NCBI GenBank assembly: GCA_963830915.1 | Contig: CAWHOE010000036.1 | Location: forward strand, 1-12,760 | Length of the DNA stretch: 12,760 nucleotides | Direction of reading: 5' to 3' | Source: a candidate division FCPU426 bacterium | GTDB lineage: Bacteria > Oederibacteriota > Muellerivitia > Muellerivitales > Muellerivitaceae | Shown: positions 1-7,551 of the stretch, in pieces | Layout: each line of letters opens with the position of its first letter | Numbering within the stretch: the stretch's first letter is position 1 | Translations under genes and position numbers: made by a program | Notes under the pieces: model-generated | What the model saw: the letters and a program-made list of their open reading frames with translations, nothing else | The model's database searches: none | Told to the model about the DNA's origin: nothing

Positions 1-2
1 TT

Positions 3-287
3 ATCCGGAAATCCTACGAGACCCTGGGGCTGATCTCCTTCTTCACCGCTGGCCCCATGGAATCCAAGGCTTGGACTATTACCAAAGGAACTTTAGCTCC
101 TCAGGCGGCGGGTAAGATCCATTCTGATATTGAACATGGTTTCATCCGAGCCGAGGTTTACTCTTACGAGGACCTGATCGCGGCAGGATCCACGACCAAA
201 GCGAAAGAAGGGGGCAAACTACGCATTGAGGGCAAAGAATATATGATGAGGGATGGGGATGTGGTTCACTTTAGGTTCAATGTTTAG
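3..287 (+). CDS. ychF: Redox-regulated ATPase YchF (Obg family), C-terminal TGS domain; 5'-truncated by the window edge
   Basis: The frame is open from base 3 ([26 protein letters not shown]), continues through [21 protein letters not shown] and ends [24 protein letters not shown], the typical YchF C-terminus. The ATG at 57 in the ORF track is internal. Confidence 0.97.
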   Translation: MRKSYETLGLISFFTAGPMESKAWTITKGTLAPQAAGKIHSDIEHGFIRAEVYSYEDLIAAGSTTKAKEGGKLRIEGKEYMMRDGDVVHFRFNV

Positions 288-296
288 GGGGAAAAA

Positions 297-758
297 ATGG
301 TTTGGAAAAAACTGTCATTCATATTCAGCCTCTATTTAGTGACTGGGATAGCCTTTGGCGAGAACGATGCTTTGGCTTCTAAGGGACCTATTTCCAAAGG
401 GGAGAGGGTTTCGGTTTATCTTCAAACCATGTTAACCATCAAGTGCCAGATATTGGACATTAACAGACCGGATAAAACGACAGTAGGGTTTGATTATCAA
501 GAACCCATTCGCCTAGTCGTTACCTACGAACCTGGTCCAAAGACCATCGAGGTCTCAATGGTCGGAACGATGGAGGATCCAAAGAATGTCCAGGGCCTGA
601 TTGGATATATCGAAAAAACGATCTTGGGTTACAACAAAAGATTACAGGAGGATTTTGATGTAATCCTGGATGAGAAAGACATTTCGATTGGTTATCTTAA
701 TGTGAAGAATGGGAAGATCGTGACGCAATTCAAGAACGGGGAATTCGTAAATAAGTGA
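297..758 (+). CDS. Hypothetical exported protein, 153 aa, predicted Sec signal peptide
   Basis: Starts 9 nt after the ychF stop, behind a purine-rich AGGGGGAAAAA stretch. The N-terminus MVWKKLSFIFSLYLVTGIAFG has a basic n-region, hydrophobic core and AFG cleavage-like end. No family recognised. Confidence 0.75.
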   Translation: MVWKKLSFIFSLYLVTGIAFGENDALASKGPISKGERVSVYLQTMLTIKCQILDINRPDKTTVGFDYQEPIRLVVTYEPGPKTIEVSMVGTMEDPKNVQGLIGYIEKTILGYNKRLQEDFDVILDEKDISIGYLNVKNGKIVTQFKNGEFVNK

Positions 759-800
759 TTTGACATATGAATTCGTTGGACTTCTTGGGGATTAAAAAAC

Positions 801-1625
801 TTATAATATTTGCCCTCCTTCGGTTAATTTTCCCCCTTTTGTGATTTCTTCCGGTGTTATCTGAAAAATGGCATCCATCAAAGCCATCCGAAAAGCTCCT
901 ACCCCTCCATTGTGTCCGATCCTTTGCTGGGCTTTTTCCCCAGCCAACCCCATGACCATGATCCCGGCACAAGCGGCTAAGTAATGATCATTTGTGACCC
1001 CGCAAAAACAACCTACCAACGAGGTTGCCATGCATCCTGTTCCGGTGACATGGGCCAAGATGGGATGTCCGTTATCGATCAAAGCGGTTCTGGTACCGTC
1101 CGTGATGATGTCCTGTGCCCCGGTGATGGCTACGACACATTTATTTTTTTGAGCCAGCGCGAAAGCCAATTGCTGACCGCCGTTTGAATCATCGGTGCTA
1201 TCCACACCTCTCGTTAATGCTGAGGCGCCCGCGAGTGTCTTGATCTCCGACATATTGCCCCGAAGTACGGCCAATTTGATCTCGGACAGATAACGCTCGG
1301 CGGTTTTAGTTCGCAGTGAAGTGGCCCCCGCCCCCACCGGGTCCAAGATGACTGGAACCCCCAATTCGTTGGCGCTTTTACCGGCTGTAAACATGGAGAG
1401 GATCGTTCGTTCGTTCAACGTGCCGATATTGATGACCAAGGAAGAGGCCAGTCGGACCATTTCGGAAACCTCTCCGGCGTCATCGGCCATGACCGGTGAA
1501 CCACCCAACGCTAGTACGATATTTGCGCAGTCATTCACCGTGACATAGTTTGTGAGATGGTGAACGAGGGGTTTTTGTTTTTTTATTTCATTCAATAGTT
1601 GTGCTAATTTATCGAGGTTATTCAT
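801..1625 (-). CDS. thiM: Hydroxyethylthiazole kinase
   Basis: Motifs PLVHHLTNYVTVNDCANIVLALGGSPVMA, INIGTL, ILDPVGAGATSLR, RGNMSEI and VTGTGCM (catalytic Cys loop); AAGGAG Shine-Dalgarno upstream. Confidence 0.97.
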   Translation of the reverse strand: MNNLDKLAQLLNEIKKQKPLVHHLTNYVTVNDCANIVLALGGSPVMADDAGEVSEMVRLASSLVINIGTLNERTILSMFTAGKSANELGVPVILDPVGAGATSLRTKTAERYLSEIKLAVLRGNMSEIKTLAGASALTRGVDSTDDSNGGQQLAFALAQKNKCVVAITGAQDIITDGTRTALIDNGHPILAHVTGTGCMATSLVGCFCGVTNDHYLAACAGIMVMGLAGEKAQQRIGHNGGVGAFRMALMDAIFQITPEEITKGGKLTEGGQIL

Positions 1626-1634
1626 TTTTTTACA

Positions 1635-1640
1635 CTCCTT
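1635..1640 (-). promoter_or_regulatory. Shine-Dalgarno site for thiM
   Basis: Reverse complement reads AAGGAG-TGTAAAAAA-ATG. Confidence 0.75.
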
Positions 1641-1676
1641 TGGTGGTGCGAGGATTATTGCTCCAAGAATAGAAAA

Positions 1677-2300
1677 TCAGGCCGTAGGACACCAATGGGA
1701 TAAAGCGCAAACACCGCAAAGGGGCTTGCGGGCGCCGCAAACCTTTCTCCCATGCTGGATCAAACGATGGGAGATAAAAAGCCACTCTCCCTTTGGAACA
1801 AACTTCATCAAGTCCCGCTCGATCTTGACGGCATCCTGATGTTTGGTCCAACCCAAGCGGTTGCTCAGCCGAGTGACATGGGTATCTACCGTGATACCTT
1901 CCGAAATTCCGTAAACTTCCCCTAAAACTACATTGGCGGTCTTGCGTCCAACCCCTGGAATCTTCACCATTTCCTCGATGGATTTGGGCATCTTACCGCG
2001 ATATAAACTTAACAAGGTCTGGGCGCAACCAATGAGATTCTTGGCTTTGTTCTTATAGAAACCCGTGGATTTGATGAGAGCTTCTACCTCGTTGTTTTTT
2101 GCTTTGGCTAGCTTTTCGGGTGTTGGGAAAACTTTGAATAACCCAGGCGCCACCATATTCACCCTTTCGTCGGTGCATTGGGCGGACAAGATGACTGAAC
2201 AAAGCAGTTGAAATGGGGTTTTATAGTGAAGAAAACAACGGGTGTTTGGATAGAGATCTTTCAACTCTTTGAGAATTCTGGGTGTGTTCGGATTTGCCAT
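1677..2300 (-). CDS. nth: Endonuclease III (HhH-GPD DNA glycosylase/AP lyase, [4Fe-4S])
   Basis: PFQLLCSVILSAQCTDERVN, HhH motif IPGVGRKTANVV with catalytic Lys, VDTHV with catalytic Asp, and the C-x6-C-x2-C-x5-C cluster motif CGARKPLCGVCALSHWC. Confidence 0.98.
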   Translation of the reverse strand: MANPNTPRILKELKDLYPNTRCFLHYKTPFQLLCSVILSAQCTDERVNMVAPGLFKVFPTPEKLAKAKNNEVEALIKSTGFYKNKAKNLIGCAQTLLSLYRGKMPKSIEEMVKIPGVGRKTANVVLGEVYGISEGITVDTHVTRLSNRLGWTKHQDAVKIERDLMKFVPKGEWLFISHRLIQHGRKVCGARKPLCGVCALSHWCPTA

Positions 2301-2337
2301 GGTTACTTTCTGTTTATTTGATATTTAAAGCATCGTC

Positions 2338-2366
2338 TTGGAAAAAAGAAACAGGGTCCCTATGAT
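2338..2366 (+). promoter_or_regulatory. Candidate sigma70 promoter for the ABC operon
   Basis: TTGGAA (2338-2343), 17-nt spacer, TATGAT (2361-2366) in the divergent nth/ABC intergenic region; AAGGA at 2395-2399 precedes the ATG at 2411. Confidence 0.5.
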
Positions 2367-2410
2367 AACCACCCAGCCAACAGAATCAATAAGTAAGGAA
2401 TACCAAACCC

Positions 2411-3397
2411 ATGGCGATCATCGAAGTGGAGAAACTTTCCAAGATCTACCGTACCCAAAAACGTCTGCCGGGATTGGGCGGGGCCGTGATGGGACTCTTC
2501 AATCGGCAATACACCCAGGTCCGGGCAGTGGACGATGTTTCCTTCACCATTGAAGAGGGAGAATTAGTTGGTTTTTTAGGGCCCAACGGAGCAGGCAAGA
2601 CTACGACCTTGAAGATGCTTTCCGGGATACTTTATCCCACGATCGGAACCGCCCGGGTTTTGGGATTCACGCCTTGGGAACGTAAGAACGAATACCGACG
2701 GCAGTTCGCCCTGGTCATGGGACAAAAAAATCAGCTTTGGTGGGACTTGCCGGCCCAGGAATCCCTTTATCTCAATAAAGAGATCTATGGGGTGACCGAC
2801 GATGCCTATAAAAAAGTTTTGGATGAAATGACCGAACTTCTCCAGGTAAAGCAGCTTTTAGGGATCATGGTTAGGGAACTTTCCTTGGGTGAACGGATGA
2901 AATTCGAGTTGATCGCGTCCCTCCTTCATCGGCCCAGGGTCCTGCTCCTGGATGAACCCACTATCGGGTTGGATGTGGTTGCGCAAAAGAACATCCGTGA
3001 ATTCATCAAGGACTACAACCGCCGCACTAAAACCACCATCCTTCTGACCAGTCACTATATGAACGATATCCAGGCTCTTTGCGACCGGGTGGTGGTCATC
3101 AATCATGGGAAGAAAATCTTCGACGGTCGTTTGGATGCTGTGGTGGAACAATTTTCCCAGTCCAAGTTGATCTCCGTGACTTTCAAGAATGGGGGAGTGG
3201 ATAGAGCCCAACTGATGGGAATGGGCGAGATACTGGAACATAGCAAGGTCAAGTCGATCTTGAAGGTGCTTCGGGATAATGTGAAGAAGGTCTCCAATGA
3301 GCTTTTGAACCAGTTTGACGTGGACGACATCAATATCGAGGAAGTGCCGATCGAGGAAGTCATCGAGAAGGTATTCAAGGGAACCAAACCCGATTGA
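2411..3397 (+). CDS. ABC-2-type transporter ATP-binding protein
   Basis: Walker A GPNGAGKTT, Q-loop region VMGQKNQLWWDLP, variant signature LSLGERMK, Walker B VLLLDEPTIGLD, H-loop TSHYM; followed by two permeases. Confidence 0.95.
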   Translation: MAIIEVEKLSKIYRTQKRLPGLGGAVMGLFNRQYTQVRAVDDVSFTIEEGELVGFLGPNGAGKTTTLKMLSGILYPTIGTARVLGFTPWERKNEYRRQFALVMGQKNQLWWDLPAQESLYLNKEIYGVTDDAYKKVLDEMTELLQVKQLLGIMVRELSLGERMKFELIASLLHRPRVLLLDEPTIGLDVVAQKNIREFIKDYNRRTKTTILLTSHYMNDIQALCDRVVVINHGKKIFDGRLDAVVEQFSQSKLISVTFKNGGVDRAQLMGMGEILEHSKVKSILKVLRDNVKKVSNELLNQFDVDDINIEEVPIEEVIEKVFKGTKPD

Positions 3398-3425
3398 TTC
3401 CGGACGTCACAACGAGGCTTATTAA

Positions 3426-4289
3426 ATGATAAATTCAGAAAATTCACCGACGGTAATAATCCCTCGGGCGCCATTTCATAAGTATTGGGTCATTCTCAGC
3501 ACCCGCACCCAGGAAGATATGGTCTATCGGGCAAATTATGTATTCGGAGCGGTTTTTCGGTTCCTGCCGCTAGTGACCACCATTTTTCTTTGGTACGCCG
3601 TCTACCAGGCCCGCAAAGCGGGAGGAGCCAGTCCTTCCATCCAAGGGATGAGTTACGAGGATATGGTGGCCTATTACGCCTTCATGTATATCGCGAGAGG
3701 TTTTTCCAGCGTGCCCGGGACCATGGGAGACATCAGCAAAGATATCAAGGACGGACTTTTGAACCGTTATCTCATCAAGCCCATCGATTATTTCGGGTAT
3801 CAGACCATGTATCGGTTGGCTCACAAATTGGTTTTCTGGTATGTGGCTCTTTTTACATTCCCGCCCATTTTTTACCTGCTGAGGCACTATTTCAGTCACA
3901 TACCCACAGTTTGGGAATGGGCCGCCTTCGTGGTCTCGCTCTTCATCGCTTTCTCCATAGGCATGTTTTTTTGTTTCATGATTGGGACCTTGGCCTTTTG
4001 GTTCTTGGAGATATCCACTTTCCTGTTCGTGGTCATGATGATCGAATTCTTCATGTCAGGCCATCTGATACCCCTGAATTTGTTGCCCCGAGTTCTGCAA
4101 CCAGTTCTGCAGTTCTCGCCATTTGGGTACGAGGGTTACTGGCCTTGTGTGATCCTGATGGGGAAAGTTCCTCAGGATCATCTGTTTCAAGTGTTGGGTA
4201 TAGGTTTCTTATGGATCGGGATTTTTTATGTGATCACCCAGGTCATGTGGAAAATGGGTCTGAAACGTTATTCGGCTGTGGGAGGCTGA
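3426..4289 (+). CDS. ABC-2 family permease (DUF990/ABC2_membrane_6-like)
   Basis: About six hydrophobic segments; motifs YRAN, DIKDGLLNRYLIKP, FMSGHLIPLNLLP and C-terminal GLKRYSAVGG. Confidence 0.9.
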   Translation: MINSENSPTVIIPRAPFHKYWVILSTRTQEDMVYRANYVFGAVFRFLPLVTTIFLWYAVYQARKAGGASPSIQGMSYEDMVAYYAFMYIARGFSSVPGTMGDISKDIKDGLLNRYLIKPIDYFGYQTMYRLAHKLVFWYVALFTFPPIFYLLRHYFSHIPTVWEWAAFVVSLFIAFSIGMFFCFMIGTLAFWFLEISTFLFVVMMIEFFMSGHLIPLNLLPRVLQPVLQFSPFGYEGYWPCVILMGKVPQDHLFQVLGIGFLWIGIFYVITQVMWKMGLKRYSAVGG

Positions 4290-4292
4290 TCC

Positions 4293-5090
4293 GTGAAGAC
4301 ACTGGTCCGATACCTGAAACTGACCGGCCTCATGATGAGGAATTGTCTGGTGCGGGAGATGCAGTTCAAGGCCAATTTCCTCGTGCGGCTTTTCACGGAA
4401 ATGATGTGGCTCGTGATGCAGTTCATCTATATCCAGGTCATGTACGGGCAGACCGGTGATATCGCCGGTTGGAGCAAATGGGACATGGTCGTCTTGATGG
4501 GGACCAACCATGTCATCACTCAGCTTTTCGAGGGCTTTTTTTACGACAATTGCGTTCGTTTGACCGACCAGATCCGCCAAGGGGACCTGGATTTCAACCT
4601 GATCAAACCCATCAATACCCAGTTCCTGGTATCCATTCGATACACCGATTACGCGTCCATCGGGAACAGTACCATTGGTTTAGTCATCATCCTTTTCGCT
4701 ATGGGCAAACTTGGGATTTCGGTCAGTTTGGGTGGGGCGGTTTTGTTCGCCGCATTGATCATCAATAGTATCCTGATTTACTATTCCATCCTTTTCGTCC
4801 TCTCTGTTTGGACTTTTTGGATTGGGCGGTCCAACAACCTTTTGGAGTTGTACTGGCAATTTGGCCAATTTTCCCGTTACCCGGGGGAAATCTACCCCTG
4901 GCTAATGCGCCGACTCCTAATGACCCTCATGCCGATGCTCATCGTTTCGAATTTCCCGGCAGGGATACTTATCCATAAGCTGGAGAATGGTTGGGTTTTC
5001 TATGGCTTAGCCATCGGGTTGTCCTTCTTCGCCTTTTCAATCTGGATCTGGCAAAGGGGACTAATGCGATATCGAAGCGCGTCCAGCTGA
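4293..5090 (+). CDS. ABC-2 family permease (DUF990/ABC2_membrane_6-like), second subunit
   Basis: GTG start 3 nt after the previous stop, with GGAGG upstream; motifs FKANF, IAGWS, IRQGDLDFNLIKP, FSRYPGEIYP and GLMRYRSASS. Confidence 0.9.
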   Translation: MKTLVRYLKLTGLMMRNCLVREMQFKANFLVRLFTEMMWLVMQFIYIQVMYGQTGDIAGWSKWDMVVLMGTNHVITQLFEGFFYDNCVRLTDQIRQGDLDFNLIKPINTQFLVSIRYTDYASIGNSTIGLVIILFAMGKLGISVSLGGAVLFAALIINSILIYYSILFVLSVWTFWIGRSNNLLELYWQFGQFSRYPGEIYPWLMRRLLMTLMPMLIVSNFPAGILIHKLENGWVFYGLAIGLSFFAFSIWIWQRGLMRYRSASS

Positions 5091-5101
5091 GGCAAAATCC
5101 T

Positions 5102-5130
5102 TTGCCTCAAGGGTTAAGTCCGTTTAGAAT
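5102..5130 (+). promoter_or_regulatory. Candidate sigma70 promoter for the cyclase, positioned to give a leaderless transcript
   Basis: TTGCCT (5102-5107), 17-nt spacer, TAGAAT (5125-5130); the predicted +1 falls on the A of the ATG at 5137, and there is no Shine-Dalgarno upstream. Confidence 0.55.
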
Positions 5131-5136
5131 GCCTTC

Positions 5137-7380
5137 ATGCCAGAAACCCAAGCCAAAGAGATCAAGGTCCATTACCACAAGTCCACCGCCTTTTGGATGA
5201 CAGCGACCATTTCCCTTATCCTATGTTTCTCGGATTTCGCCAACGTCCGATTTTTCCAGGATCTCGAAAATAAGACCATCGATTTTCGTTTCAGTGTCCG
5301 AGGAACCCGTTTGCCTGAAGCGCCGGTTCGTATATTGGCCGTGGATGAAAAAAGTCTGAGGGAAGTAGGACAATGGCCTTGGCCTCGCGCGACCCATGCC
5401 CAATTGGTACGTCAGCTCAAAGCTCTGGGAGCCAAATGTGTCCTTTATGACGTATTTTTCTCAGAGCCTGAACGTACCCAAGAAAAGATGTTGGGTCAAT
5501 TGCAGACGGTCTTGAACGCATCCATCCAAGGATCCACTAAGTCGGTCGGTAAGATACGAGAAAACGTCCTGGCGGATATCAAAAAATTCCAGCAAACCCA
5601 GAATGGCGACAAGGAATTCGCGGAAGCCCTCAAAGAAACTAATAATGTATTTTTGCCTATCGTGCCATTGAACGATGAGAAGGATGGGCGTATACCCAAC
5701 TTCGATGCCTTACATACGACCGAGGCTACACTTTTTGGAGGGTTTAGCGATGTTTTTCCAACGGCCCAGTCGCTCGTGGTTTCGATCCCGGACCTTCAAA
5801 ATAATGTGGAGGATTCTGGGCATATCCGTTTTTTCCAAGACCCGGATGGAATATTCCGTTATTACCCAACTGTAATGGCTTATCAAGGCAAACTGATCCC
5901 TCATTTATCAGTTCAGGTAGCTCGATATCTATTGGATGATAAAAAACCAATCAAAGTTTATATCGCGGACCATGTGGAAGTGGCGGGGAGAAAAATTCCT
6001 ATCCTTGATAATGGGTTGGCTTTCATCAATTACTGCGGGCCCCGTGGGACATTCCAAACCGTCTCAGCGACCGATGTGTTGAACAACCGTGTCGCGTCGG
6101 ATGTTTTCAAAGACGCCGCTGTACTTATCGGGGCAACCGCCGACGGACTTTTTGACTTGCGTCCCACTCCTTTCAATAAGGCCAATCCTGGTGTGGAGAT
6201 ACACGCCAACATTATCGAGAATATTGTGGCCGATAAATTCATGACCTTGGCTCCCAATTATTGGTTCCTACTTCTCATTGTTGTATTGGGAATGCTCATT
6301 TGGTACCTGGTACCACGTTTGTCACCCTTTTGGGGAACTGTTTGCTTCGTACTTTTGTTTGCTGGTTATATTGTTGTCGCCTGTTTGGCTTTTATTTTCG
6401 GGAACGTGATCATCAATGTAACCTATCCCATTCTGTCAATGACCCTGACATTCCTGGTCCTGACCACTTATAAATTCCGCACGGAAGTCCGCCATAGCCG
6501 TTACATGAAGCAGATGTTCCAGAGCATGGTCACTCCCAAGGTCGTCGATGAGATCCTGAAACTTCCGGCTGGTATCGAACTGGGAGGAGAGGAAAAGGAA
6601 CTGACGGTCATGTTTTCCGATATTAGGGGATTCACCACCTATTCAGAGAAACATACTCCCCCAGAGGTGGTCGCCATCCTGAATGAGTACTTGACGCAGA
6701 TGACCAATTTGATATTCCAGACTGAGGGCACTTTGGATAAGTATATCGGGGACGCCATCATGGCTTTCTGGGGCGCCCCAACCACCCAGAAAGATCACGC
6801 TTACCGGGCTTGCAGCACGGCATTAGGAATGGTAGACCTGCTTCATACTATGCTCCACCCCAAATGGGACTTGGAGGGCAAGGAAAAACTGGAGATCGGT
6901 ATAGGGATCAACAGCGGAAACATGGTTGTTGGGTTCGTTGGTTCCCAATCCATCAAGAACTACACACTCATCGGGGACGCCGTGAATTTGGGAAGCCGTC
7001 TGGAAGGTACCACCAAGGAATATCACGTAGAGATCATCATCAGCGAAACTGTATTTGACCACGTCCAGAATGACATGCTCTGCCGAGAACTTGACCTGAT
7101 CCGGGTCAAGGGAAAGACCCAACCTATCCGTATCTATGAGCTGGTGGACCACCGTTTGAGGGCCGTCGGGGCCAAAGAAATGAAAGTGAACGCTTTCCGT
7201 GAAGGCCTGATCTATTACCGGACCCAGCGGTGGGATGACGCCATCAAGAGCTTCAAAAACTGCTTGGAATTGGACCCGAACGATGGACCGGCCAAGATAT
7301 TCACCGAACGATGTATCCAACTCAAAAAAGACCCGCCTCCACCCAATTGGGACGGTGTTTTCACCATGAAAACAAAATAA
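5137..7380 (+). CDS. CHASE2-domain transmembrane class III adenylate cyclase with C-terminal TPR-like helices
   Basis: N-terminal TM, then CHASE2 motifs (AVDEKSL, GQWPWPRATHAQL, DVFFSEP, DPDGIFR, VLIGATA, DLRPTP, PGVEIHANII), three TM helices, and a cyclase domain with FSDIRGFT (D495), DKYIGDAIMA (K535, D539) and NYTLIGDAVNLGSRLEG (T610, N617, R621); ends in a TPR-like segment and PPPNWDGVF. Confidence 0.96.
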   Translation: MPETQAKEIKVHYHKSTAFWMTATISLILCFSDFANVRFFQDLENKTIDFRFSVRGTRLPEAPVRILAVDEKSLREVGQWPWPRATHAQLVRQLKALGAKCVLYDVFFSEPERTQEKMLGQLQTVLNASIQGSTKSVGKIRENVLADIKKFQQTQNGDKEFAEALKETNNVFLPIVPLNDEKDGRIPNFDALHTTEATLFGGFSDVFPTAQSLVVSIPDLQNNVEDSGHIRFFQDPDGIFRYYPTVMAYQGKLIPHLSVQVARYLLDDKKPIKVYIADHVEVAGRKIPILDNGLAFINYCGPRGTFQTVSATDVLNNRVASDVFKDAAVLIGATADGLFDLRPTPFNKANPGVEIHANIIENIVADKFMTLAPNYWFLLLIVVLGMLIWYLVPRLSPFWGTVCFVLLFAGYIVVACLAFIFGNVIINVTYPILSMTLTFLVLTTYKFRTEVRHSRYMKQMFQSMVTPKVVDEILKLPAGIELGGEEKELTVMFSDIRGFTTYSEKHTPPEVVAILNEYLTQMTNLIFQTEGTLDKYIGDAIMAFWGAPTTQKDHAYRACSTALGMVDLLHTMLHPKWDLEGKEKLEIGIGINSGNMVVGFVGSQSIKNYTLIGDAVNLGSRLEGTTKEYHVEIIISETVFDHVQNDMLCRELDLIRVKGKTQPIRIYELVDHRLRAVGAKEMKVNAFREGLIYYRTQRWDDAIKSFKNCLELDPNDGPAKIFTERCIQLKKDPPPPNWDGVFTMKTK

Positions 7381-7465
7381 TATCGTTTATCAATTCGGCC
7401 CTTTTGAAGGAATTTTTCAATAAACTCCCTGGTTATCCCGATTCAATTTGGTCTATATTTAACCA

Positions 7466-7494
7466 TGAATTTTGGCAAGTTTTTTGAATTTTGG
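7466..7494. repeat. Perfect 10-bp direct repeat TGAATTTTGG (7466-7475, 7485-7494)
   Basis: Read directly from the sequence; flanked by the 8-bp inverted repeat TTTAACCA (7458-7465) / TGGTTAAA (7492-7499). Confidence 0.7.
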
Positions 7495-7501
7495 TTAAAA
7501 T
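7472..7501 (+). promoter_or_regulatory. Candidate sigma70 promoter for the FecR-domain/barrel genes
   Basis: TTGGCA (7472-7477), 18-nt spacer, TAAAAT (7496-7501), each one mismatch from consensus, in the 171-nt AT-rich intergenic region. Confidence 0.5.
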
Positions 7502-7551
7502 ACGCGGCGAGCTTGTGAGAAAGCTTCATCAAACTTAGATATGGGGATCTT

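Noticed and set aside
741..776. GAATTCGT repeated (741-748, 769-776) with an overlapping CATATG/GAATTC, resembling a cloning scar or terminator
   Set aside because: Short and AT-rich, with no GC stem or U-tract and no vector sequence; likely chance.
3485..4459. 324-aa alternative-frame ORF overlapping the permeases
   Set aside because: It lies over two well-supported genes and has the composition of an off-frame translation.
7473..7487. Sigma54-like element TGGCAAGTTTTTTGA
   Set aside because: The -12 GC is GA, and the same bases fit a sigma70 TTGGCA-N18-TAAAAT promoter better.
7514..7530. CRP-like site TGTGA-GAAAGC-TTCAT near the cyclase
   Set aside because: Only one half-site matches; the second does not fit TCACA at 6-nt spacing.
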